Assembly (NCBI RefSeq): GCF_006345805.1
Contig: NC_042998.1
Location: 50,654,001-50,718,000, forward strand
Direction of reading: 5' to 3'
DNA: 64,000 bases
DNA from: Octopus sinensis
Lineage: Eukaryota
Under the pieces are notes generated by a model that was not told the origin of the DNA, made no database searches, and saw only the letters and a program-made list of their open reading frames with translations. Shown here piece after piece: positions 63,880 to 64,000 of this stretch. Numbering within the stretch: position 1 is the stretch's first letter; each line of letters begins with the position of its first letter. The position numbers were made by a program, and so were the translations under genes.

Positions 63880-64000
63880 CAGTGGTTCTCAACCATTTTT
63901 TACCTATGGATCCCTTTGATTCCTTTTTGAACTCTACTGGACTGCCAAAGCCATTCAATGTTAAATATTATTAGGAATTGTATAAAAAATTAACACACCT
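63880..64000 (+). mobile_element. hAT (Charlie-like) MITE left end
   Basis: cagtggttctcaaccatt..ctatgga.ccctttgatt; related copy near 59290-59360. Confidence 0.55.

Overview
AT-rich, microsatellite-dense eukaryotic DNA dominated by tRNA-derived SINEs and decayed transposons. The repeat landscape is most consistent with an octopus genome (inference from recalled repeat families; no database check). No rRNA, true tRNA or CRISPR is supported. The left ~23 kb keeps its CpGs and looks intergenic. It holds Tc1/mariner, pogo, maT (DD37D), Tx1, RTE-X, LTR and Helitron remnants, and a foldback element with a telomere-like core. Most notable are Penelope-like elements (PLEs) carrying type I hammerhead ribozymes. 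One PLE (18231-19988) has an uninterrupted 353-codon GIY-YIG ORF without RT, a hammerhead in its pLTR, and an exact 56-bp inverted copy of the post-cleavage tail that supplies the start codons. At ~23.1-23.4 kb an ETS-motif, CpG-rich promoter and first exon appear. Downstream, SINE copies are CpG-depleted, as expected inside a methylated gene body, and three splice-site-bounded, frame-compatible candidate exons (51133-51197, 59092-59102, 60027-60213) suggest the 5' part of a large unidentified + strand host gene. All coordinates were counted by hand; repeat boundaries are approximate unless TSDs or TIRs are cited.
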